Shown here: in pieces, positions 27,093 through 38,492 of the stretch
How positions within the stretch are numbered: the first letter of the stretch is position 1
How the letters are laid out: every line of letters begins with the position of its first letter
Assembly: GCA_003427395.1 (NCBI GenBank)
Contig: BFEA01000003.1
Location: 622,671 to 686,670 of the forward strand
Length of the DNA stretch: 64,000 bases
From: Chara braunii
Lineage: Eukaryota; Plantae; Charophyceae
Direction: 5' to 3'
Program-made: the position numbers and the translations under genes
The notes under the pieces: generated by a model
Seen by the model: the letters and a program-made list of their open reading frames with translations, nothing else
Told to the model about the DNA's origin: nothing
The model's database searches: none

Positions 27093-27109
27093 TGGCGTCG
27101 TTGCCGGGG
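27093..27109 (+). promoter_or_regulatory. Primer-binding site, tRNA-Asp type (Athila-like TGGCGCCGTTGCCGGGGA)
   Basis: tggcgtcgttgccggga. Confidence 0.75.
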
Positions 27110-27462
27110 ATAACAAAAGCTTACCGTTGTCCTTGGTGGAACGACATCCGGGTATGGGATTAAGGAGAAGATATGCATATAAGGAAAAATGAAGTATGCG
27201 ATGCTTGGTTTGACTATCTATGTTGGACGGATATTACTAATATAATAAGTTTTACTTTTGTTTTGATAGGCTGCCTGATCTAAGGGATCATTAGAGAAAT
27301 CCTGTAGAAGAAGAGGACCCTATTAAGATGGGTTCAAAGGAAAGAAACAGGTAGTAGTATTAGATCTGGTCCGCGAAGTAACTATGTAGGAATGCTGATA
27401 GGCACCATGGTACGTCAGAATGCTGAATGAAAGTTTTTATCTCTTCTTAACATGGAAGTGGA

Positions 27463-27496
27463 AACATATTATTCGTTAAAAAAGACATTATATTTT
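27463..27496 (+). repeat. Left terminal inverted repeat
   Basis: First 24 nt match the reverse complement of 56012-56035 at 22/24; similarity continues to ~35 nt. Confidence 0.88.
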
Positions 27497-27589
27497 AAAT
27501 TGGTACTTGCAAATGATTAATTTCATCTTAAAATCACCATATTTTGGACTTGAATGAAACTTAGGATACGAGTGGTGAACCCGAAGAAT

Positions 27590-28625
27590 GGAATTGACAG
27601 TCCATAAATTGAAACTGAACTGGCAATTCAAGGCAATCACGTACTGAACATGATGGATTAAGTGTGGATTTCATTGCATTTCCATAATTTTGTAACTTAA
27701 AAGTCGTTACGGTAATAACATGGAGTTGTCAGAAATTGAAACTCAAAAGAAGTTTCACTGTTACACTCAATGCAACGGGACACTGAACAACAAATTGAAT
27801 GTTGAATCTTGATTTCATCACACCTTGCTCAATTTTGTATGAGCATTGAATCGGACCTATTTTACATGACATTGTGACTCACATTCATTTATTGAAACTC
27901 AATCGAAGTATGACTTTAAGGTTGCAATCAAATGGTAAACGTGATGGTTTAAGTATGGATTCCGTCACACTTCGATAATATGTATACTAAGTTAAACTTA
28001 AAAGACGTAACTGGTGTGACTTGCATAAATTGAAACTCAATCTAAGAGTAAAGGCAATCATATGGTAAACGAGATGGTTTAAGTATGGATGTCAACGCAC
28101 TTAGGTAATTTATATACTACTAACTTAAAAGACGTAATTGGTGTGCCTTGCATAAATTGAAACTCAATCGAAGAGTAAAGATCATAACACGGTGAACGAG
28201 ATCGTTTAAGTATGAATTTCATCGCACTTCGATAATTTTGAACTTCATCGCACTTTGAGAATTTATGTTTAACTTACTTAAAAGACGTAACTGGCATGTC
28301 ATTATCATGCATTAAAATTCACTCGAACAATAAAGTTAACGTAATGAGACACAGAACGACAAGGTTGCGAATGACCTTTGAGTCTTCACCACACTTCGAT
28401 TAATTTCGTATATTACTAAGCATTGAGTCAAACGTACTTTACATGACATTGTATGAAGCAGAAACTGAAAGTCAATCGAAACGTCAATGCAATCACATGG
28501 TAAACAATATGGTTTAAGTATGGATTCCAACGCACATCGATAAATAATCATAAACTGGCATGACATTGTCATATTGAACTTAAATTCAAGTGAGTACTAT
28601 GGATTTCGTTTCACTTCAAGAAACA
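27590..28625. repeat. Left subterminal AT-rich tandem repeats (~125-155 bp)
   Basis: Recurrent aaattgaaactcaa..gcaatca..atggtttaagtatggat..aacttaaaagacgtaa, about seven units. Confidence 0.8.
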
Positions 28626-28816
28626 TCGTAATCATGAAAAATTAGAAGTTGACAATTGTATGCACACGTGCAAGAAATCGGAAATGCAAGACTGAACTAC
28701 GTCTAAATTAAATGCTACGAGTCAACCCAAGATCAAACTACATCTAAAATAAATGTTACGAGCGACCATAATCTAAACTTTCTGAAACGCTACCATTTAC
28801 AAATCTAAAGTTTTTG

Positions 28817-31800
28817 TCAGCGTATCAGCGTCACATGACAACCACACCCGTATAAGGCATTCAATGATGACCCGAAAGCCAGGGGTTGTGGCTGTCCCTT
28901 CGTCGCCACATTAGAGAATACCGAAATGTATTTCATCCTTACAAACCTACCGATACCTGCCAAGGATTTACCGATGACGTCACAAACACAACATGCCACT
29001 TGCTCTACCTCACGCCACTTATGAACCTCATCAATTTGACCAACAATCTCCAAATCGGACTGTCTGTTCTCGTAAAGAAGACGCAAATTCTCCATGTTGC
29101 GACCATAAATTCTAAGCTCGTTGCAAGAAACTAGCACTATAGCGTCTACCAAAGTCCGCTTTCAGTTTGAAGATGCCACACACAACACTCTACAAACGCC
29201 AGATCCAGCCAAAGACAACCGTCACAACAATATGACACATCATGCGGCCGCGTTCTGACACCACACAACGGATATCGTTCCAAAAACTGATTGTAGGACG
29301 CACAGTCCAACAACTCTTCTTTCAAGTTCGCAGACCACACGCGAGGTGACCTCGTGATGTTATCAAGGCAACAGTAAAACCGCTTATTCTCTTCCTGTCT
29401 GCATGTGGCGTGCGGGGACGGTAGTTGCCTGACGCCAATGGCATAATGAGGTACTTTGATCAGGCTCCCTCACTCCATCGCGGAAGCAAACTTGTACTCC
29501 TTATGCCATGGACATATCCTTGCCAACATCGCTCTATCCCATTCTGCCTCGGACCACGCATCGAGAGGCTTGTCCAAGAAGGGGACGATGCTCATCCACG
29601 TGTCGTTTTCGAACTCCGTTGTCATCGACTCGAGAATTTCGGTATTGCCTCCTGAACCACGCAATCCGGTTGCACAAGGGTGAATGAGATACGAATAACC
29701 ATGCCAATGGGCCATCACTCCTGTCGCACTCCCTGCACAAGACATGAAATGCAAACACAAATGAACATGAAATGTCGAAAAAGAGGAAAAATCGCCTTCA
29801 GGATTAACGTAATTTCAAAAATTGTTAAACCACCACCCAACCATCTTAAAAAATTCAACCCTAGACCATGGACAATGTTCGACACTTTGTCGTACTGCAA
29901 AATCATAGCAATTCACTAAGTGAAAAAAAAAAATGCTCCCATCCGAATTCCTGATCGTCCGAACAATTATTTTTAAAAATCGTACTCCCTCAATCTATTG
30001 GGCGGACGTGCAGTCGTCGCTCTTGTCCTCTGCATTTACACTCCCTTCACCAGATGGACTCAGATCTAAAAGTGCAGCTTCAACATTTAGTCGAACATTA
30101 GAAGGAATGACAAGTCCAGTCGTGAATGGTTTTGTACCTCGGGCCGGTCTCTCATAACGAAAAGAGATCGAATCAGCATGCTGCCATTGTGTCTGCTCAG
30201 TCATTTTCCATTGTTCTCCCATGCATTCCCATACAGTTGTTCGAGCGACTTTGCTCTCCTAGTTGGCACCCAGTATTCCACTGACACTTCATTATAATTC
30301 AACGAATCTTTTTCATCAACCACGTGAGAAATAGCCTTGCTCATCCAGATTGACACACCGCTGGACAGATCATCGTCGGAGGGGCGAAGGATAAAAAAGT
30401 GTCCACGTCAACATGCACGTGGGGGTCGAAACTAGTCTTCGAGCGATCTTTTCTTCGTCCAACAAATAGGGGTTCCCTGTCGTTGATGTTGACATTGCGA
30501 GGAGAAGGTTGTTGATCGCTTTCGGGCAGCCGTGATCTTGGCAAAAAACTTTCCAGAGGTTGTGAGGACAACCCGTTGTGCGATGATCTCATCGCCATGT
30601 TTGATAACCTCTTCCCAGTAACACAAAGTTCTTTCTCTCCTACTCACCTCATGATCATTGTAAGTGTACCACGTGAACGGTCTGCTCTCCAGCAACTCGT
30701 GAAATCGAATAACACCATTTTTGCCATTACAATAGTCATTTCAAGGAAGGGGTTGCACAGGAGGCGGGTCAAATGACCACGAAGGACCTGCATAGCTTTC
30801 ATCGGGGTTTTGATTAAACCAATAAACCGGACCTTCCTCGAGCAACCAGTTGTCGTCATCGCAAAACTCCTTGTACAACATGCCTGGATTATCTCCAACA
30901 ATCAAAAATTTAAGCAAGTGCGGTTTTGAATACCTGTAATGTCTGACGCAACCCATGGGTTTACTATACTTATCCAATCTGCCATCGTATCGAGGAAACA
31001 CACTTAGGAGACTTTTTGTGGGATTGCTCTATGAGCTCATAGAACTCGTCCATAATATAAGTGTCTATGTCTTTCAATTTCTTCGAGAAAACACTGAAAG
31101 TTGCGTCAACGTCTGTATGGGTATGTCCCACTCTCATGAAACCTATTTCTACCTCTTGAAAAACTTTGAACTTAACCAAGACTGCAACTAGCACACATAT
31201 GTACTTGTTCTTGTTTTCCCACCAACAATTATCTACTTGAATGCGCAAAAACGGTGGCAGTGGCGTCCCGCTCCCTTGAATTTCGACAAGGGTTCTCATA
31301 AGGCAAGTAGCAATTGTGTTCGAATCGTGTTTCAAATACGGAAACCACGTGTAAACATATATACTAGGGTATCTACCATGTGCAATGACGCCTATCAAAT
31401 TCGTCTTCATCATCATCTCGTGCCTAAGTGCTTTCGAGTAGTTCGCTTGACCAATATGGGGGATAGTTGTCTTCTTCTAATCCATGCCGTCAATGATGAG
31501 ACATAAACGCTCGTTCGGATGGACCATCGAATCAGTCTTCGCTCAACTATAGTCCAATCTGTGTTCAACTCGCCTCCTTTGGTGAGCTTTCGTATCCTCT
31601 CGAGCTCGTTCTTGATATCGAGGAAGAGGACCATACTGTATACGTTCCTTCAGTTCATGACAAATGACACACTTCGTGAACGTGTTAGAGTGCGCGAGGG
31701 AAACGTGAAAAAAGTATTTCCGCCACATTTTATAAAAGTTGGACTCAGACAAGACCGTGAGGTCAGCGGCCAGAAAGTCTGATTTGATGGACTCATAAAT

Positions 31801-33070
31801 TGATCTCTTCGTAAAAGCAGTTGGCAGTCAAAGTCTCGGCCTGGAAACCCTACCTTCGTCAGCCACCTCATTCGGCATGCTATTTGCATGACACTCGATA
31901 AACGTTTTCATGCTGGCAAGCATGGCGACCGTTTTATTGGTAGGCCGATATCTACCCGTCAGGTCATACTCGGAACGCACAAAGTCATTGTCGAAGCACT
32001 TTTTGGAGCTATAAAATGTATTACGCGAGACACCGAGTACATTGAAGTACGCCTTGACGCACATCGAACGTTCAAACTCCACAGGTCGGACACGTTTTTG
32101 TCCATCCTCATTTATCGTGAAATCTTTAATATTTTTCATCCACCACTCAACTCGCTCTACCGGACTCTTACGATACAGTCCTTGTCTAACCTTTCGGACT
32201 TCCTCAGGTGACATGTCGTAACAACAGTGAGTCTTGCAACATGCCATGTCGTGCACCATGAGAAGTCTTTTTTCGGACAACATGTTTCTCGTTCTTTTGT
32301 ATTGTTCTTTCCTCCTAGCGTCCCTATTAGCCATGCTATACGGTCGTCTTTTGCCTGGCAGAGGTGCGGGCAAAATTTGTAGTATTGTCGTTCTCTCTGC
32401 ATCACTCCTGCCAGACGCTTTCGACCCAGACTGACTCTGAACTGGAATCACATCATCACTTCGGATTTTGCGTTCGACTCGCCCGTGCTGTGGAAAGTTC
32501 CTCCGAAGAATATTCGGTGAAAACCAACTTCGTAGTACTGGAGCTAGCGTGAAGCAAATATGCACTTGACGAGGACTGTTGTCCAGACGAGTAATCAGTG
32601 GCCACTAGTTTCTCACTCTCATCATCAGAGGTTGTGAAAGAAGCAACCATTGACACACAACTCTTATGCGCCGAAGTTGTGGGGTGCACCTCATTAGGAA
32701 TGTGGAACTCGATTCGGGAGGCAGACGGTTCTTTGCCTGTGAACAGTGTCGCCAAATCCGTAGGCAATAGGATGCAACCCCCAAAACTCTCACGAAAAGC
32801 GAGACTTCGTTTTCAGGGGAAAACTGTAGTGGACTGTTGGAACGACGAACTGTGCGAAGAGCTCATCTGGGCCAACTCTAGGTGTTGTAGTTGGTAATGC
32901 AAGTCGATGGCCTGTTTGGTTTCCATAGCCTGGTTCATGCGGCCGTTCGTTGAACCGTTATTGGCGTCGTCATGTAACCGTCAGTGTAGCGGATGCGGTT
33001 CCCGTTAACGAAATCGATCGAACTCTCCAGTGTGGAGTGAACGGGTCATTCAAATTCGTTTCCACACCCT
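28817..33070 (-). pseudogene. Sola-like (DUF7869-type) DDE/D transposase, intron-containing, decayed
   Basis: CCKTHCC..MCVKAY..LGVS; F.KMW..F..V..FTKCVIC; CLIIDGMD*; QVDNCWWENKN; FMRVGHTHTDVD..FS. Stops are TGA/TAG from CGA/CAG. Outer exon limits approximate. Confidence 0.82.
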
Positions 33071-35059
33071 GCAAAATGGCGGAGCAAACTGTAAGCACGA
33101 ATACTAAAGAATTAAGGGATGACCCCACCAACCCCCCCCCCCTCCCCCCCCCTTCCCCAAAACCGATCCCCGACGTAGCATTTGAACACGGCGAGCTCGT
33201 CCGTTAGCGATGGGGGCCTCTGCAACCGATTTGCCGCATATTGAAGGCGCGGTTTGGCAGTCGGATGGCACAAATGATATGACAAACCACGACATGCGAA
33301 GTGTGCCGACATCCGAACTTCGCAGCGATCGGAATCCTTCGAATGCATTAATTGCATGTGCCGAAGGGCATCCAAATATTTCTTGCCTCGGCTCTGGCGA
33401 TAAGAATTGCGTCGATAGAAAAAAAAGATCCCCTTCCCCTTTTGCTTTTTACACTTTTTTCAGATGGACGTTGAAGTCCATAGCAACTATCAAAGTCAAA
33501 CCCCTTGACCTGTTTAAAGGCCTCCTATGATGGAACCCAGCTGTTACAAAGGGCCTTGGCCTGCCTACCCGTCATTCCCGCAGGTTGCTGAAGAGGGTAG
33601 GTCCTGCAACCGTCTTGGCGGTTGTGTAGCATCGAGAGGTAAGTCCCTCAAGGTGTGTGTTAGCGAACACTTAAGTGTCGAACGTGACCCTCAACGCCAC
33701 CGAGGGCCACGCGAGTATGGGCAGCACATAGCACGCCATCACTGCGACTGCTTGCGAACTCATGCATGGCCTGTCGTTATGAGAAAGCAGGTGTTCGCCC
33801 TACATTTATACAATGTATACCTGACGATGCCTGTAAGTGGTTTGCGACATTTGGTTATGGGTCGGACACCCAACGGGGCAGGCAGGAATCTTTGTTGTGA
33901 ATTTGTCAATCCAATTTTTTTGGCGTTGTGTGAGTTCTGCCAAGGAGGACGCGTTCTAGCATGTTTTAGACGGGTACAAGGAACGGTCCGATGCTCTTGG
34001 ATCACCGTGTGACAGAAGTCCGCCGGGATCCGAACTTGTCAGAAATCGAATCGACAACGAACCAGTTATTCATTAATTACCGTGAATTGAATGTCGATCA
34101 ATCGTCATCATAAATGCAAGGCTATAAGTGGTTGCAGATTAAAAATAACGTGGGTGAATGACCCTCAAGCCACCCCCATAAACCCCGATTAACTCCACCT
34201 CCAATTCGAGGATGTGTGCTGTCATTGCAAGCCTTTGCAGTCCGCGCGGCTTCGACACCGAAGCGTCTTCGCAGGCGAATAACAATAACCACCACAACAA
34301 CGTCGCAAACCGTCACATGCCGACGGGTTGTGGCAGAAGAAACAAACCAATTCGTCAGGTCACCAGCAATAGGACACGAGCTCTCGTTGTCGCTACACCA
34401 AATCGGGGTAAATCGGGGTCACAGAAGGGGCACACAGCCACACGCTCCCACGATGTGCTGGAAGTTTTTTTTTGCGCGGCAGCAGCGATTGGACTGTCGA
34501 CCCAGACCACAAACCCAAAAAATGGCTAAGCGGGGGCGCATCATCGACGGTTATGGAGAATAGAGCGTTAACCTCAAAGTCCGTCGAGACCTGAACGTGA
34601 ATGAACCAAATCACGGCAGACCGAAAAAGAACGTTGCCCCTGCCACCGTCAGCAACCCCCGTATACCTCGATCACGACAATACACAAGGTGAGATTGTTT
34701 GCGCCCCATAGTCCTATGGCAACGAAAACACATGCGACGGACCAGACCGTGGAAAAGGACGGTTAGCATAACCGAGAACTCGAAAGTTCATCGGGATCCA
34801 AACTTGGCGGTTGGGGAAGGCGCTAGGAACCTGTTTACGCTCGACTGCTCTCAACCGCCTGTCGGACGAGAACACGCTGAGAAGAAAGGCTATCCGTGGG
34901 TGTACCACCTGACAAAACGGTGCAGCACGGGCCCCAAGTGACTCCTGTAAACCCCGATTTTCTCCATCCACAAAGCTAGCTCGTGCGCTGTTCCAATCGT
35001 ACCCGTCATAATCTGTGCTGATTTTGACAAGTATCACAAAAATGGCGCGCGAAGCTTGA

Positions 35060-36490
35060 CACAAATGGTTAACGACCACCTGAAATTTCAGAATGAAAGA
35101 TTCTGAAGTGGTCTAAAACCGCTGAAATGGCCTGAAGGCACTTCATGTCATTTCAGAAGTTTTGGGTGGTCTGGAGGATAAGTTTTATGGTTTTTTTTTT
35201 TTTTCCCCTACCTGTTTTTTCACCTACTTCAGATCATTTCAGAAATTAAGGTGGGGACCTGAAACCTCTCAAGTGGTTGAAGCTTCTGAAAGAGGTTTCG
35301 GGTACCCCCATCCAACCATTTGGATGGGGGTACCTGAAACCCCTTTCAGAAGCTTGAGCCATTTCAGGTCCTTTTAGAAATTTCAGGTGGGCACCTGAAA
35401 CCGCTGAAATGGCTGAAGCTTCTGAAAGGGGTTTCGGGTACCCCCATTCAACCATTTGGATGGAGGTACCTGAAACCCCTTTCAGAAGCTTCAACCACTT
35501 CAGGTCATTTCAGGAATTTCAGGTGGGGACCTGAAACCGCTGAAGTGGCTGAAGCTTCTGAAAGGGGTTTCGGGTANNNNNNNNNNNNNNNNNNNNNNNN
35601 NNNNNNNNNNNNNNNNNNNNNNNNNNNNNNNNNNNNNNNNNNNNNNNNNNNNNNNNNNNNNNNNNNNNNNNNNNNNNNNNNNNNNNNNNNNNNNNNNNNN
35701 NNNNNNNNNNNNNNNNNNNNNNNNNNNNNNNNNNNNNNNNNNNNNNNNNNNNNNNNNNNNNNNNNNNNNNNNNNNNNNNNNNNNNNNNNNNNNNNNNNNN
35801 NNNNNNNNNNNNNNNNNNNNNNNNNNNNNNNNNNNNNNNNNNNNNNNNNNNNNNNNNNNNNNNNNNNNNNNNNNNNNNNNNNNNNNNNNNNNNNNNNNNN
35901 NNNNNNNNNNNNNNNNNNNNNNNNNNNNNNNNNNNNNNNNNNNNNNNNNNNNNNNNNNNNNNNNNNNNNNNNNNNNNNNNNNNNNNNNNNNNNNNNNNNN
36001 NNNNNNNNNNNNNNNNNNNNNNNNNNNNNNNNNNNNNNNNNNNNNNNNNNNNNNNNNNNNNNNNNNNNNNNNNNNNNNNNNNNNNNNNNNNNNNNNGAAA
36101 CCGCTGAAGTGGTTGAAGCTTCTGAAAGGGGTTTCGGGTACCCCCATCCAACCATTTGGATGGGGGTACCTGAAACCCCTTTCAGAAGCTTGAGCCATTT
36201 CAGGTTCTTTCAGAAATTTCAGGTGGGCACCTGAAATCGCTGAAATAGTTGAAGCTTCTGAAAGGGGTTTCGGGTACCCCCATCCAAGCATTTGGATGGA
36301 GGTACCTGAAACCCCTTTCAGAAGCTTCAGCCACTTCAGGTTATTTCAGGAATTTCAGGTGGGGTCCTGAAACCGCTGAAGTGGCTGAAGCTTCTGAAAG
36401 GGGTTTCGGGTACCCCCCTCCAACCATTTGGTGGGGACCTGAAGCAGTTGAAAGTGGCCTGTAAATAGTGTGTGTTGTTAACCATCTCTC
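35060..36490. mobile_element. Non-autonomous hAT-like element filled with 136-bp hairpin repeats (copy 1)
   Basis: Ends cacaaatggttaac / gttaaccatctctc; degenerate 8-bp TSD aagcttga/aaactcga; second copy at 61276. Confidence 0.7.
35250..36440. repeat. 136-bp tandem satellite, each unit a ~50-bp-stem palindrome (spans an N gap)
   Basis: Unit starts at 35250, 35386 and 35522; aagcttctgaaaggggtttcgggtacccccatccaa-ccat-ttggatgggggtacctgaaacccctttcagaagctt. Confidence 0.93.
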
Positions 36491-37092
36491 AAACTCGAAG
36501 ATCGTCATGGCGCGGAAAAAAGATATATGACCATGGCTGAAAGACCCCCTAGCAGCCCCAACAAAGCACGATTCGGCAAATCGACAAAGCGAGCTCCGAT
36601 TCGTGCACTAACAACGTCGACATATGACAGCGCGAACCGCAAAATACACCGAGACACGAGCATGTAAGCGACCGAATTCCATGCCAAAAATGGACCCGGC
36701 CGTTGGCACCGTCGACAACCCCCATAAAACCCCACAAAGGCAATTCACAAGGCGAGCATTGTTGCGCACCCCTAGGCCTCTAGCAATCAAAACTTCTGCG
36801 AAGCTCCAGACCGTTGAAAAGGATTGTCAGATTTACCCGGACCCTCCAAGTCTACCTGGATCCGAAGTCGACGGGTGCAGAAGTAGCGACGAACCGGTTT
36901 TTGTGCGGCCGCAGCTATTGGAATGGCGGGTTAGCGGGTGCACAGAAGAAAGGCTATGGGTGGGTGCACCGCATCATGAAACGGCTCATTGTGGACCCCA
37001 ACCGACCCCTATAAACAACGATCATCCCATCGAGAAAGCGCGCTCATGCGCCGTCACTGCGAATTTCCACGGCCTGAACGTTGTCGAAATTA

Positions 37093-37236
37093 CACAAGCG
37101 GTTATCGGGTAGCTGAAAATTCATGAATGAAAATTATGAAGTGAGAGTTTTGGGCAGTCTGAAAATCCTGAATGGTTCTGAAGTGGTGAAAGGTCTGAAG
37201 ACCCTGAAAACCACCTGTTTAGGCAGGCTGCATCCT
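37093..37236. mobile_element. 5' end of a third, more diverged member of the same small-element family
   Basis: cacaagcggttatc..ctgaaaattcatgaatgaaa resembles cac....ggttaac..ctgaaatttcagaatgaaa; runs into a gap. Confidence 0.5.
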
Positions 37237-37827
37237 NNNNNNNNNNNNNNNNNNNNNNNNNNNNNNNNNNNNNNNNNNNNNNNNNNNNNNNNNNNNNNNN
37301 NNNNNNNNNNNNNNNNNNNNNNNNNNNNNNNNNNNNNNNNNNNNNNNNNNNNNNNNNNNNNNNNNNNNNNNNNNNNNNNNNNNNNNNNNNNNNNNNNNNN
37401 NNNNNNNNNNNNNNNNNNNNNNNNNNNNNNNNNNNNNNNNNNNNNNNNNNNNNNNNNNNNNNNNNNNNNNNNNNNNNNNNNNNNNNNNNNNNNNNNNNNN
37501 NNNNNNNNNNNNNNNNNNNNNNNNNNNNNNNNNNNNNNNNNNNNNNNNNNNNNNNNNNNNNNNNNNNNNNNNNNNNNNNNNNNNNNNNNNNNNNNNNNNN
37601 NNNNNNNNNNNNNNNNNNNNNNNNNNNNNNNNNNNNNNNNNNNNNNNNNNNNNNNNNNNNNNNNNNNNNNNNNNNNNNNNNNNNNNNNNNNNNNNNNNNN
37701 NNNNNNNNNNNNNNNNNNNNNNNNNNNNNNNNNNNNNNNNNNNNNNNNNNNNNNNNNNNNNNNNNNNNNNNNNNNNNNNNNNNNNNNNNNNNNNNNNNNN
37801 NNNNNNNNNNNNNNNNNNNNNNNNNNN

Positions 37828-37865
<38 letters not shown>
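37828..37865. repeat. (TG)n microsatellite at gap edge
   Basis: Read directly. Confidence 0.9.
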
Positions 37866-37867
<2 letters not shown>

Positions 37868-38090
37868 GGGTCCTTTTTTTTTCTTTTCGGGGGGTGGGGG
37901 AATCCCCCTAACACGACTCAGACGGCCCATGCAGGCTATCTGAAGGGTCCTCGCAGCCATGTGGCGTGGAACCCCCCACCAAAATCAAGGCAGGCAGTGA
38001 ATATGAAGTGAGCACGAGCGGGCCGAATATATACTCAAGATTCGAATTCAGGTATGTGTTTCGGCAGTTATGGGTTCCTCACGTAGCTAG

Positions 38091-38492
38091 GCCCTGCCGT
38101 GATTCTCAGGGCTTGGCTGCACTACTCACCAAATGTGCAAAACTAGAATGAATCTTCTGCAGAACATGGAATAATACGTCGCCATATGTTCTGTCTTTTG
38201 TGCATGTGGTGAGTAGAGGCTCTTAGGGCCACTGCACGTATTCCTAAGAAAAGAAAAACGAGAGAAATGTCTCGTTTTTCTGTTTTCTTGTTTGTTTTTT
38301 TTTTTTTTCGTTTGTTTTTTTTTTCTCGTTTTTCTTTTTTTAGGAATACGTGCAGTGGCCCTAAGGGCCTCTACTCACCACATGCACAAAAGACAACATA
38401 TGGCGACGTATTATTCCATTGTTCTGCAGAAGATTCATTCTAGTTTTGCACGTTTGATGAGTACTACAGCCAAGCCCTGAGAACGGTAGGGC
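38091..38492. mobile_element. Foldback/MITE with ~175-bp inverted arms
   Basis: 38091-38265 is the reverse complement of ~38325-38492; T-rich spacer; flanked by CTAG (or TA) on both sides. Confidence 0.85.

Noticed and set aside
35250-36440. CRISPR-like appearance of regularly spaced palindromes
   Set aside because: No unique spacers (whole units repeat), no cas genes, eukaryotic context
35500-37960. Long poly-X ORFs (also at 61338-61914)
   Set aside because: Artefacts of N gaps
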